Below are positions 27,801-36,205 of a stretch of 39,530 bases of DNA, piece after piece. Each line of letters starts with the position of its first letter. The stretch's first letter is position 1. Under the pieces are notes generated by a model. The model was not told the DNA's origin and made no database searches. It saw only the letters and a list, made by a program, of their open reading frames with translations. The stretch spans positions 1 to 39,530 of the forward strand of contig CALATR010000217.1 of assembly GCA_937891875.1 (NCBI GenBank), written 5' to 3'. This stretch comes from an uncultured Pseudomonadota bacterium (GTDB lineage Bacteria; Myxococcota_A; UBA796; GCA-2862545). Made by a program: the position numbers and the translations under genes.

Positions 27801-27813
27801 GAGGCTTCCGTGA
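24808..27813 (+). CDS. Large protein of unknown family (P1): beta-rich N-terminal ~470 aa, then an acidic/coiled-coil and Gly-rich region and a conserved C-terminal module
   Basis: 1001-aa ORF, collinear with the downstream P2 in its N-terminal half and at the extreme C-terminus. The start is uncertain (see findings). Confidence 0.7.
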   Translation: MLIPSVAQPIPDGWVTVDGSVYRALIAEDEPEVDPRQTLVVSDRDVRLRWDGKALQIRSVWRLVPKERTWLDLPIAGPQVRVDRVLLGGVLAKLRVEGGYTRITAQIDRPVELVLEGAVEGDPTRGPLSIPLAGAVRGQVEIAVPQGLEGRLIGSTAGVPVRGTWLTTSDQLSLQVGPPQRKARDRSTLAVASVGMGLTVGDGAVDGRAQVRWALRQGRMEQVVLRVDGVGNDLEVTGGNVGRVERQGSRVVVTLREPSETVVDLEVRWSVPVPTGESGQVAVPRITPEGAFRTEASLQLARDGTLEVLPEVPGWQAISASELPDWGDDLVAGTPTAAYRSATAGKGGTLGLLRFVPASGPAVVVDVASLTIATSYEGRTLTRALYTVRNERGAHLAVTPPAGSTIVGVRVNDGPVTPVADGGRWLVPLPRSLETVDGLVSFPVEVVLLGDGTPWIRKEGREIPMPVVDAPIAVNRVTLHLPPTYENDLDEGAAGQVDEFTEGEGIAYGFGLGDEDEAQADQLWQDAQAAWMRNDFDEADELLDELEVMGASNENLGKLRSNLDVVQGRDATKAKTIQARRVREQAKSRGLEDYRKQEELLRQAEEELSSGQYGSAQATYEEVAELAQKLDKLEQEESFEQKATVDLAMRNSSAASQGQVRMAELSGKDEKKKAVEKKERDRVLDRLAEQADRSGWVTTAADSGNVADGNGIVTEAANGRLDGDPSFIPVEGQKGEITEIADEIEAEIEAERRLTKEFLERVPSGRSYQGALGGVAGGVVGGEVGGADGLAGLGTTGVGRGGGGSAETVTISKDEIQHMPEPSPDVVEEASVDFATSRRTIKTLQRRSGPRGVDLGGIGTGRRKKPKAPKGSGARDMDQGSYDVDIADEEEPVIQFGRDMPLDDDGELSEIVVDAPPAAPTTGSFSSADMDFEDAPIEGNLATPDAYKLEALEVTSTRMSVVIPVQGETLRYEHLLLPAGAEHAVRIEARSTHRDIPRRLP

Positions 27814-29675
27814 AGCTGCATGTGCCCATGATCCTCACGGTGGCACTCGCCGCCGGCGCGCTCGCTCCGATGGCCCACGCGGCCGAGGCCGAGCAGGTGA
27901 CCCTGTCCCTGCGCGAGTTCCTGCAGCTCTACGAGAAGAGCCGCGACCGCAAGAAGGACCCCGAGCAGGCGCCCCGCGACTTCTCCCTGTCGTCGGCGAA
28001 CTACGTCGGTGAGGTCATCGTCGACGAGGGCGAGCCCACGTCCGCGGTGTTCACCGCCCGCATGCAGGTCCAGGTCCACAAGTCCGAGGGCTGGATCAAG
28101 GTCCCGCTGCTCTCCCGCACGGTCGCCCTGCAGAACGCGACCGTGAACGGGCGTCCGGCGCCGGTGGTGCTCGAGGGCGGCACCTACACCCTGGTCACCG
28201 ACCAGAAGGGCAGCCTGGACGTCCGCCTGGAGTTCGCGACCAACGTCAACAACTCGCTGGGTACCTCCAGCTTCGCCTTCGACCTGGTGCCGTCCGGCGC
28301 GACCGAGGTGGAGCTGACCGTTCCGGTCGACGACGACCTCGACTTCGCCATCGCCAACGCTCGCCGGGTCTCGGAGAAGAAGGAGCGCGGCCGCCGCATC
28401 GTCACCGCCACCCTGCCGCCCCAGGGCTCGCTGAACGTGCGCTGGCAGCGCGAGGTGCCCACCGTCGCCGACGACGGCACCGAGGTGAAGAAGGACGAGG
28501 CGAAGATCTACAGCGAGGTCTACACGCTCGCGTCGGTCGGCGACGGCCTGCTCCGCGCCCAGGCGACCGTGGACAACACGATCCTGTTCGCCGGCGTCGA
28601 CAGCTTCGAGCTGAAGATCCCCGACGGCATGACCCTGCTCGACGTGAAGGGCGCCGGTCTGCGCGACTGGGCGCTGGGCGAGGACAACACGCTCAAGGTC
28701 GAGCTCAACTACGCCGCCGAGAACCGCTACAGCCTGACGCTGGACATGGAGAAGGTCATCGGCGAGGGCAGCACCAGCGTGGACGCCCCGCTGGTCACCC
28801 CGCTGGGCGTCGAGCGGAGCAAGGGCTGGGTCGGCGTCGAGGCGCGTGGCAACCTGGAGATCGGCGCCGGCGACGTGGTCGGCGCGACCGCGGTCGACGT
28901 GCGCACCCTGCCCGGCCAGATCCTCGGGCGGACCAGCCAGCCGGTGCTGCTCGGCTACAAGTACCTCGTGACCAACGCCAAGGTCCCGCTGGTCATCAGC
29001 GCCCACGATGACGTGGACGTCCTGGTCACCCTGCTCGACCAGGCCGAGGCCACGACGATGTTCACCCCGGACGGTCGGCGCCTCACGAGCGTCAAGTACG
29101 AGGTGCGGAACAACCGTCGGCAGTTCCTCCGGTTGAAGCTCCCGGATGGTGCAGAGCTGTGGTCGGCGGCGGTCGCCGGTCGCGCGGTGCAGCCGGCCAC
29201 GTCGAGCGGGGCCATCCTGGTGCCGCTGATCCGGTCGCAGAGCCAGGGCGGCGGTCTGGCGAGCTTCGCGGTCGAGGTCGTCTACGTCGAGTCTGGCGAG
29301 CCCACCGCCGACAATGGCAAGGGCCGCTTCCAGGCGGTGCTGCCCAAGCCCGACGTGCCCACCACCTACGTCGGCTGGACGGTCTACGCGCCGGACGAGG
29401 CCAAGGTGAAGGCGGACAAGGCCGAGGGCACCCTGCGCTACGTGCCGCGGCTCTCCCGCCCGCTCGGCGCGGTGGCGGCCCTCGAGGTGCAGGCCCAGGC
29501 GCCCCAGCAGCAGCGCTCGGCGAACATCCAGGCCGACGCCGGCGCGCTCGGCGATGGGGCGGCCCCGGTCCGGGTCCGGCTCCCGCTGGAGGGCACGCCG
29601 TACTTCTTCGAGAAGCTGCTCGCGCTGGACGAGGACCTCGAGGTGGCCTTCGACTACAAGGGCCTCAAGGACTGA
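27810..29675 (+). CDS. Secreted protein of unknown family (P2), paralogous in architecture to P1
   Basis: AAGGAGG 5 nt before the GTG, which overlaps the P1 stop (GTGA). Signal peptide MKLHVPMILTVALAAGALAPMAHA. Shared block YEVRNNRRQFLRLKLPDGAEL...ILVPLIRS...SFAVEVVYVE. Confidence 0.75.
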   Translation: MKLHVPMILTVALAAGALAPMAHAAEAEQVTLSLREFLQLYEKSRDRKKDPEQAPRDFSLSSANYVGEVIVDEGEPTSAVFTARMQVQVHKSEGWIKVPLLSRTVALQNATVNGRPAPVVLEGGTYTLVTDQKGSLDVRLEFATNVNNSLGTSSFAFDLVPSGATEVELTVPVDDDLDFAIANARRVSEKKERGRRIVTATLPPQGSLNVRWQREVPTVADDGTEVKKDEAKIYSEVYTLASVGDGLLRAQATVDNTILFAGVDSFELKIPDGMTLLDVKGAGLRDWALGEDNTLKVELNYAAENRYSLTLDMEKVIGEGSTSVDAPLVTPLGVERSKGWVGVEARGNLEIGAGDVVGATAVDVRTLPGQILGRTSQPVLLGYKYLVTNAKVPLVISAHDDVDVLVTLLDQAEATTMFTPDGRRLTSVKYEVRNNRRQFLRLKLPDGAELWSAAVAGRAVQPATSSGAILVPLIRSQSQGGGLASFAVEVVYVESGEPTADNGKGRFQAVLPKPDVPTTYVGWTVYAPDEAKVKADKAEGTLRYVPRLSRPLGAVAALEVQAQAPQQQRSANIQADAGALGDGAAPVRVRLPLEGTPYFFEKLLALDEDLEVAFDYKGLKD

Positions 29676-30858
29676 TCGGCTCCGGGTAGAGGAGCGCGGT
29701 CACTTCGGCGAGTGCGTCGTCGGCAGCGCGGTGGTCGCTGCCGGCTTGAGCGCAGGGGCCGAGGCCGGGTTCGATCGGGTAGGGCAGGGGATCGCCGTAG
29801 CGATTGGCGCGGTAGAGCGCGCCGCCACGGCCGGAGAAGTGCACGTCGTCGGCGGGGTCCAGGTAGGGGTCCAGCAGGCGGCGGGCATCGTCGAGTTCAT
29901 CGGTTTGGAGGCTGAACACGATGTCCTGCGCCTGAGGCCAGAGCCGCGACTCCCAGCGGACGCCAAGCTGCTGGTCTCCTGGCCAGGGCTTGCCTTGCTG
30001 CTCCCGCGCGTGGCGGAGCCCGATCGCCACGGTAGCGAGCGCCTCGAGCGGCTTGTTCGAGGCGCGCATCCTGCCGGTCAGCGCCGCGTAGCTGAGGACG
30101 GCGGGCTCGCCGCGTGGCCCGTGTTGGCGGGGGTCGCACGCGCGGGCGTCCGGGGACCTGAACGGCGAGGATGGCCGGGCGTCGTCGAGGGAGGACAGGA
30201 TCCGCTGGCGCGCCACTTCCGCGCGGTACTGGTTGTAGCCGGCCTGGGCGGCGTCCAGCAGGCCGACGGGCGTGTCGACGTGGGGGGCATAGCCGGAGTC
30301 GCGGTGTCGTCGGTAGAGCTCGCCGCGCGCGCCGGTCGGGTACAGCTCGACCCCGGGGTGGCGGAGGTCCCCCAGCGCCCCACGCACGTCGTCGACCTCG
30401 TCCAGGCCCATGTCTTCCAGGGTGTCGGCGGCGAGCTCGAGGTAGGCCTGCTCGTAGATGGAGCCGAGCACGCGGAGCTTGCCGGCAGGGTCCCGCTCCA
30501 GGGCGCGAGCGGCGTGCGCTCCGTCGAACGCGGCGAGCACGGCACCGGCGCGGGCCCCGTGGTCGACGAGCTGCTCGACGACCCGCTGGTGTGCCACCAT
30601 CGCCCGGGGTGCGGCGGGATCGCCACCGAGGGTCGTGCAGCGGAGCGCCCCCCGAACGCCGTCGATGACGGCCTGGTTGTAGCCTTCGCCGAGGAGCGCG
30701 CGGTCGTGTTCGGCGACCTTGCCCAGCTCCGGTGCGAAGGCACAGTCCCGGGCCTCCAGGCCGTGCGGGGGCACCAGGCGGACGCGATCGTGGATCTCGG
30801 GGTCAGGGCCGCCGCAGGCGGAGAGCGCGGCGACGAGGGCGATGGAGGACACGCGCAT
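29665..30858 (-). CDS. Lipoprotein of unknown function (paralog of 30861..31568)
   Basis: Lipobox VAALSACGG. Shares ALRC(T/S)(T/S)LG and LYRRHRDSG(Y/F) with the upstream gene. Its 3' end overlaps the P2 3' end by 11 nt (convergent). Confidence 0.65.
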   Translation of the reverse strand: MRVSSIALVAALSACGGPDPEIHDRVRLVPPHGLEARDCAFAPELGKVAEHDRALLGEGYNQAVIDGVRGALRCTTLGGDPAAPRAMVAHQRVVEQLVDHGARAGAVLAAFDGAHAARALERDPAGKLRVLGSIYEQAYLELAADTLEDMGLDEVDDVRGALGDLRHPGVELYPTGARGELYRRHRDSGYAPHVDTPVGLLDAAQAGYNQYRAEVARQRILSSLDDARPSSPFRSPDARACDPRQHGPRGEPAVLSYAALTGRMRASNKPLEALATVAIGLRHAREQQGKPWPGDQQLGVRWESRLWPQAQDIVFSLQTDELDDARRLLDPYLDPADDVHFSGRGGALYRANRYGDPLPYPIEPGLGPCAQAGSDHRAADDALAEVTALLYPEPISP

Positions 30859-30860
30859 GA

Positions 30861-31568
30861 TCAGTTCCCGTTGGCAGCGGTGGGTTCATCGCGGGCGAGC
30901 TCCGCCAGGATCTGCAGCCGCGCCTGATCGGCGCGGAACTGGTGCTCGCCGGCGAAGGCGTAGATCTTCAGCGCCTCGGGGATCCGGGGGCTGGGGAGGA
31001 AGCCGGAGTCGCGGTGGCGCCGATACAGGCCGGTCTCATCGCCGCTGAAGTCGAGGTCGTAGCCGCGCGTTCGAAGGGACTGGGCGACGGTCCGAATGGC
31101 CTCACGGCGGGGCTCCGGCACCTTCGGGAGGAGCCTTGCCGCCCGCTCCAGGTTCAAGCGCTCCCATGCCACCGCGATGACGCGGACCACTTCCGGGTCG
31201 GCCGCCGCGTGAGGACGGGCGACGAGCGCACCGTCGATGGCCGTGAGCACGGCGTCCTCGTACCTGCCGTCGTTCTCGTAGCGCGCGGCCAGGTCGAACA
31301 TCTGCCCGGCGACGTCCCACCCGGTCCCGTCGCCGAGCGAGGAGCAACGCAGCGCCTCGTTCACGACCGCGCGGGCCGCGTCGCACTGCGCCTCCGTCGC
31401 GCTGTCGGGATCGAAGCCGTCGAGGGCGTCCAGCTCCGCACTCATGCGGCAGGAGCGCCCGGCCAGATGCTCGGGCACACGCAGGCTCGCGTCGTCGGGA
31501 TCGGGGCTGCAGCCGGCCAGGGCGAGCAGGAACACGGGAACAAGGCGTACAAGTCGGACCACGAGCAC
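30861..31568 (-). CDS. Lipoprotein of unknown function (paralog of 29665..30858)
   Basis: Lipobox LLALAGCSP. Motifs EALRCSSLGDG and GLYRRHRDSGF. Only 2 nt separate its stop from the next start. Confidence 0.65.
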   Translation of the reverse strand: MLVVRLVRLVPVFLLALAGCSPDPDDASLRVPEHLAGRSCRMSAELDALDGFDPDSATEAQCDAARAVVNEALRCSSLGDGTGWDVAGQMFDLAARYENDGRYEDAVLTAIDGALVARPHAAADPEVVRVIAVAWERLNLERAARLLPKVPEPRREAIRTVAQSLRTRGYDLDFSGDETGLYRRHRDSGFLPSPRIPEALKIYAFAGEHQFRADQARLQILAELARDEPTAANGN

Positions 31569-31692
31569 CTCCGCCAGAGCGGAAGTGCAACGGGCGTGCC
31601 GGACCCTCCTACGGGATCATCGCGGTCGCCCGGGACACTTCGTCACTGCAGCCCGGGCCGGTGCGTCGATCCGTCGACAGGCGGTCAGCGAC

Positions 31693-32169
31693 CTACAGGC
31701 TCTCGATCAGCGACGGCGCGAGGCTGCAGGACAGGCCGAAGCCGTCGGGCTCCACCTGGAGCGCGGTGACGACGCCGTCCTCGACGATCATCGCGTAGCG
31801 CTTGGAGCGGGTGCCGCCGAGGGCCTTGGCGTTGACGTCGAGTCCGACGGCCTTGGTGAACTCGGCGTTGGGGTCGGCGAGCATGCGGACCTTGCCGGCG
31901 GCGTCGTGGGCCTTGCCCCAGGCGTCCATCACGAAGACGTCGTTGACCGCGACGCAGGCGATGCTGTCGACGCCCTTGTCCTTGATCTGCTGGAAGTCGG
32001 CGATGTAGCCGGGAAGGTGCGTCTTGTCACAGCCGGGGGTGAAGGCGCCGGGCACGGCGAAGACGACGTGCTTGCCGGACCCGAAGGCCTGGGCGGGATC
32101 GACCTGGTTGCCGGGGTTGCCCTCCTGCAGGGAGGCGGAGGGCAGCTTCTGACCGACTTCGATGGACAT
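31693..32169 (-). CDS. Prx5-type (atypical 2-Cys) peroxiredoxin
   Basis: KHVVFAVPGAFTPGCDKTHLPGY (peroxidatic Cys context), ACVAVNDVFVMDAWG, RYAMIVEDGVV. GGAGC precedes the ATG. Confidence 0.9.
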   Translation of the reverse strand: MSIEVGQKLPSASLQEGNPGNQVDPAQAFGSGKHVVFAVPGAFTPGCDKTHLPGYIADFQQIKDKGVDSIACVAVNDVFVMDAWGKAHDAAGKVRMLADPNAEFTKAVGLDVNAKALGGTRSKRYAMIVEDGVVTALQVEPDGFGLSCSLAPSLIESL

Positions 32170-32523
32170 GGTGAGCTCCGGGAGTGGTGGCGGAGAGCCT
32201 ATGCGCTCGGGACCCGCCGTGAAGGGTGGTCCGTCGATGTTGCCGCGACGACGTGAGGTGGGGCACCGGGGGCGGGATGGGTGCGTGCCACCCGGTGGCG
32301 CGTGGGGCGATCAGGGAGGATCTTCGCCCAGCAAGGCGGCGACCGCGATGTGGGAGGCGCAGTCGGGCAGGGGCACGCGCGCGTCGACCTCCAAGGTGCG
32401 CTGCTCCCGCCAGGAGCCCACAGGGCGGACATTCGAGCCTTCCGGGCACTCCGGTACACAGCATGACCCGGCGCGGAAGAGGGTGCATTCGGTTGGATCT
32501 CGAATCAACGCCGATTTTCGACC

Positions 32524-32545
32524 GGTGGTGCGATTCTGCACCACC
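32524..32545. other. Perfect 8-bp stem / 6-nt loop (ggtggtgc gattct gcaccacc) in the long gap upstream of the ABC exporter
   Basis: Read directly; function unknown (operator or 5' UTR hairpin). Confidence 0.25.
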
Positions 32546-32625
32546 CCGTCCCGGATCGCTCGTCTTGTCCGGCGGGGTGTGGGTGACCACACTGGCTCCT
32601 GACCGACCTGCCCTGGAGAACCCCG

Positions 32626-34500
32626 ATGTCCGACGTGCGCGCCGATCGCCACGCCCAGGATGCGCTCGCCGAGAGTGACGCGCACCCGGTCACCCTGTGG
32701 CGGATCCTGCGCCTGGCGGTGCCGCAGCTCCCGACGCTCGCCGTCGCGACCCTCGCGCTGCTGATCGCGTCGGGGGTCCAGCTGGTCTACCCACAGGCCA
32801 TCGCGCTGATGACCGACATGGTCGTGGGCTCCGACGCGGCCGCCACCGCGGGCGCCCTGTCCGCGCTCCCGCCGGCTGCGACCGAGTGGATCCAGGGCTT
32901 CTTCGGCGGGCTCGACGCGGGGGCGCGGATCGACCGCCTGGCGCTGGTCCTGGTCGGGCTGTTCCTGGTGCAGGGCGTGTTCGCGATGCTCCGCGCGTGG
33001 CTCTACACCGTCGCCGGCGAGCGCGTCGTGACCGACCTGCGCGCCCAGCTCTACCAGGCCATCCTCCGCCAGGACATCGGCTTCTTCGACACGAGCCGCA
33101 CCGGGGAGCTCACCAACCGCCTGGCCGCCGACACGACCGTGCTGCAGAACACGGTGACGGTGAACATCAGCATGGCCCTGCGCATGGGCCTGGTCGCGAT
33201 CGGCAGCCTGGTGATGATGCTGCTGACCTCGCCCGCACTCACCGGGGTGGCGATGGCGGTCGTGCCGGTCGTCGCCATCGGCGCGGCGGTGTACGGGCGC
33301 ATCGTGCGTCGCCTGTCCAAGCGGGTGCAGGACGCCCTGGCCGAGTCGACCCAGGTGGCGGAGGAGACCATCGCCGGCGTGCGTACGGTTCGCGCGTTTG
33401 CCCGGGAAGATCAGGAGGTCGGGCGCTACCGCTCCGCCGTCGAGCGCTCCTACCGGCTCGCCGCCTGGCGCGCCCTGGCGTCGGGCGCCTTCCAGGCCAT
33501 CGCCGGCTTCGGTGGCTTCGGCGCCATCGCGCTCGTGGTGTGGTTCGGCGGCCACCTGGTGCTCGACGGAGATCTCACCGCCGGCGCCCTCACCGCCTTC
33601 CTGCTCTACACCCTGACCGTGGCCTTCAGCCTGGGTGGCCTGTCCTCCCTGTACGGCGACTTCATGAAGGCGATCGGCGCGTCCAAGCGGGTCTTCCACC
33701 TGCTCGACCTGCCTGCGCCCCTGGAGGATCGGCAGGGCGCCCGGGTCGAGCACGTCGAGGGGGACGTGCGCTTCGAGGGCGTGGGCTTCCGCTACCCGGC
33801 CCGCCCCGACGAGCCCGTGCTCATCGACTTCGATCTGCACCTCTCCCCCGGCCAGGTGGTCGCCCTGGTCGGCGCGTCCGGCTCGGGCAAGTCGACGGTC
33901 GCCCGGCTGATGACCCGCTTCTACGATCCGACCGAGGGGCGCATCCTCATCGACGGGCGCGACGTCGCGGGTCTCGATCCCCGCTCCCTCCGGGAGTTCA
34001 TCGGGCTGGTGTCCCAGGAGCCCATCCTGTTTGCCAGCTCGATCGCCGATAACATCCGCTATGGCCGCCCCGACGCGACCATGGAGGAGGTGCTCGCCGC
34101 TGCCGAGGCCGCCAACGCCCGCACCTTCGTCGAGCGCTTCGAGGAGGGCTTTGCCACAGAGGTGGGCGAGCGGGGCGTGCGCCTGTCCGGCGGCCAGAAG
34201 CAGCGCATCGCGATCGCCCGGGCGATCCTCAAGGATCCGAAGATCCTGGTGCTCGACGAGGCGACCAGCGCGCTCGACACCGAGTCCGAGAAGCTCGTGC
34301 AGGAGGCGCTCGATCGGCTCATGGAGGGCCGCACCACCCTCGTCATCGCCCACCGCCTGTCCACGATCCGCGACGCCGATCGCGTCGTGGTCATGGAGCA
34401 CGGCGAGGTCATCGAGCAGGGCACCCACGAGCAGCTGATGGCCCGCCTCGACGGCCGCTACCGCGCCCTGGTGGAGCGGCAATTCGAGGGCGCGGCCTGA
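32626..34500 (+). CDS. ABC exporter, fused permease/ATPase half-transporter (ABCB/MsbA-like)
   Basis: Six-TM domain followed by Walker A GASGSGKST, signature LSGGQKQRIAIARA, Walker B ILVLDEATSALD and H-loop IAHRLST. Confidence 0.9.
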   Translation: MSDVRADRHAQDALAESDAHPVTLWRILRLAVPQLPTLAVATLALLIASGVQLVYPQAIALMTDMVVGSDAAATAGALSALPPAATEWIQGFFGGLDAGARIDRLALVLVGLFLVQGVFAMLRAWLYTVAGERVVTDLRAQLYQAILRQDIGFFDTSRTGELTNRLAADTTVLQNTVTVNISMALRMGLVAIGSLVMMLLTSPALTGVAMAVVPVVAIGAAVYGRIVRRLSKRVQDALAESTQVAEETIAGVRTVRAFAREDQEVGRYRSAVERSYRLAAWRALASGAFQAIAGFGGFGAIALVVWFGGHLVLDGDLTAGALTAFLLYTLTVAFSLGGLSSLYGDFMKAIGASKRVFHLLDLPAPLEDRQGARVEHVEGDVRFEGVGFRYPARPDEPVLIDFDLHLSPGQVVALVGASGSGKSTVARLMTRFYDPTEGRILIDGRDVAGLDPRSLREFIGLVSQEPILFASSIADNIRYGRPDATMEEVLAAAEAANARTFVERFEEGFATEVGERGVRLSGGQKQRIAIARAILKDPKILVLDEATSALDTESEKLVQEALDRLMEGRTTLVIAHRLSTIRDADRVVVMEHGEVIEQGTHEQLMARLDGRYRALVERQFEGAA

Positions 34501-34533
34501 CGGGCCCGATCAGCCGGATGGGCGCCGCCTGAC

Positions 34534-36120
34534 CTACCTGCAGGTCCCGGCGTCCACGTACTCGACCTCGACCTTGGCGCCGTCCGGGAAGTCCGGCTGG
34601 AGCGACAGCGTCCGCCCCAGCTCGCCGCCGAGGATCCACGACTCGGTCGCGATGCCGCTCACCGACACCCGCACCGACTCCGGCACCGGCTTGGCCAGCA
34701 GCTGGTGACTCCAGGTCTCCCGCCGCATGTCGGCCGTGTTCAGGGCCAGGCTGGCCCAGTGGCCGTCCCAGCTGGAGGCGCACAGGTCCAGGGTCTGGCC
34801 CTCGGTGCTGGTCGCCGCCTCGTCCAGGCGTGACGTGGTCGGTCCGCAGCCCGACCGCGGCGTGATGGTCGAGATGTGCACCTCGACGCCCTCGCTGCGC
34901 ATCTGGCTGACCCAGGTGCCCGGCGTCCGCCCGGACACGTCGTCCCGGGCGGAGATGACCACGACGTGCACCGGGTCCGAGCCCGAGAGCCAGCCTCCAA
35001 AGCACGAGTTGCGCCCGCGGCTCACGGAGTCGGCGGTCAGGGCCAGGGGCTTGCGCGCCCACTCGGTCCCCGGGTCGAACAGCGTGTCGACGAGCTGGTC
35101 GGCCTCGGCCATGTCGGCCGGCGGCGCGGCAAACGTGTAGGGGCAGACCGACTCGGTGGACGCGGCCGCCACCCGGTAGTCGACGCCCTCGGTGGCGAGG
35201 CTCTCGAGCAGGTTGCCGACCCCGGCGCGGATCTTCGCCCGGTGGCCGGCCACGTCGGACGCTTCGTCGTCGTGTACCAGCAGCATGTGTGCGCCGCTGC
35301 CGTCCGAGGTCTGCCAGGTCTCCACCGCGTGGTCGTTCACCCGGCCCTCGCCCAGGAGCAGCACGCTGACCGGCTCCGGCAAGCCGGTGCTGATCGACAG
35401 GGTGCAGCTGTGCCGCCCCGCCCAACGCGGCTGGAAGTCTACGGGCAACCGGGCGAAGTCGCTCGCGGCGATCGGTGCGGACTTCAGGGCCTGCACCGCG
35501 TCGTCCTGGAGGCGGAACCCCTCGCACCCGGGCTCCGCGCCCAGGGTGACATCGTAGACGGGCATCTCGTCGGGGCCGGCGTTCTCGATGAGCACGCTGG
35601 CTTCGTTCGTGCAGTACGCCCTGGTCGCCTCGACGATCTCGGTCGACAGCGTGGGGGTCGGGCCCGATGCGTCGGCGACCACCCGCACCGTCAGGTCGCG
35701 CTCGGCGGAGTCGGTCAGGGGGATGCTGGCCTCGAAGTGTCCGCCGTGGGGGGGATCGAAGGTCACGGGCAGGGTCCGGGTCTCGCCGGCGGGTACGACC
35801 ATGAAGAGCAGGTCGGGAGGCAGGCGGAACGCGTCTCGCCGGTCGCCGGACTGCGCGTTCTCCAGGCGCAGGTCCCGAACGATCATGTCCTCATCGGTGT
35901 TGTTGATGAGCTGGATGACCTTGTCGACCGGGGTCTCGCTGGCCGCGATGTCGAACACCAGGGTCGTGGGCGTGACCTGCACCCCGCCCTCGACCGAGTC
36001 CGTGTCCAGCGGTCCGACCACGAACGGGTTGTCCGTGTCGGCGATGAACGGGCGCAGCTCGTCGCAGCCGGCGGCGAGCCACGGCAGCAGCAACAGGGTG
36101 ACGGCAAGGGGTCGATTCAC
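34534..36120 (-). CDS. Large lipoprotein with Ig/PapD-like beta-sandwich domains and a degenerate vWA-like domain
   Basis: Lipobox WLAAGC. VQVTPTTLVFDIAASETPVDKVIQLINNTDEDMIVRDLRL (ASH/PapD-like). HMLLVHDDEASDVAGHRAKIRAGVGNLLESLATEGVDYRVAAASTE resembles the vWA-like lipoprotein domain common in myxobacteria. GTG start. Confidence 0.7.
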   Translation of the reverse strand: MNRPLAVTLLLLPWLAAGCDELRPFIADTDNPFVVGPLDTDSVEGGVQVTPTTLVFDIAASETPVDKVIQLINNTDEDMIVRDLRLENAQSGDRRDAFRLPPDLLFMVVPAGETRTLPVTFDPPHGGHFEASIPLTDSAERDLTVRVVADASGPTPTLSTEIVEATRAYCTNEASVLIENAGPDEMPVYDVTLGAEPGCEGFRLQDDAVQALKSAPIAASDFARLPVDFQPRWAGRHSCTLSISTGLPEPVSVLLLGEGRVNDHAVETWQTSDGSGAHMLLVHDDEASDVAGHRAKIRAGVGNLLESLATEGVDYRVAAASTESVCPYTFAAPPADMAEADQLVDTLFDPGTEWARKPLALTADSVSRGRNSCFGGWLSGSDPVHVVVISARDDVSGRTPGTWVSQMRSEGVEVHISTITPRSGCGPTTSRLDEAATSTEGQTLDLCASSWDGHWASLALNTADMRRETWSHQLLAKPVPESVRVSVSGIATESWILGGELGRTLSLQPDFPDGAKVEVEYVDAGTCR

Positions 36121-36205
36121 GCCAGCAATCTATCGGCTGGCACGACGATCCGCGCGTATGCGATCCACCCGCCTGGGTCCGGTACTCTCGCGAGTCCGCC
36201 GCGAC

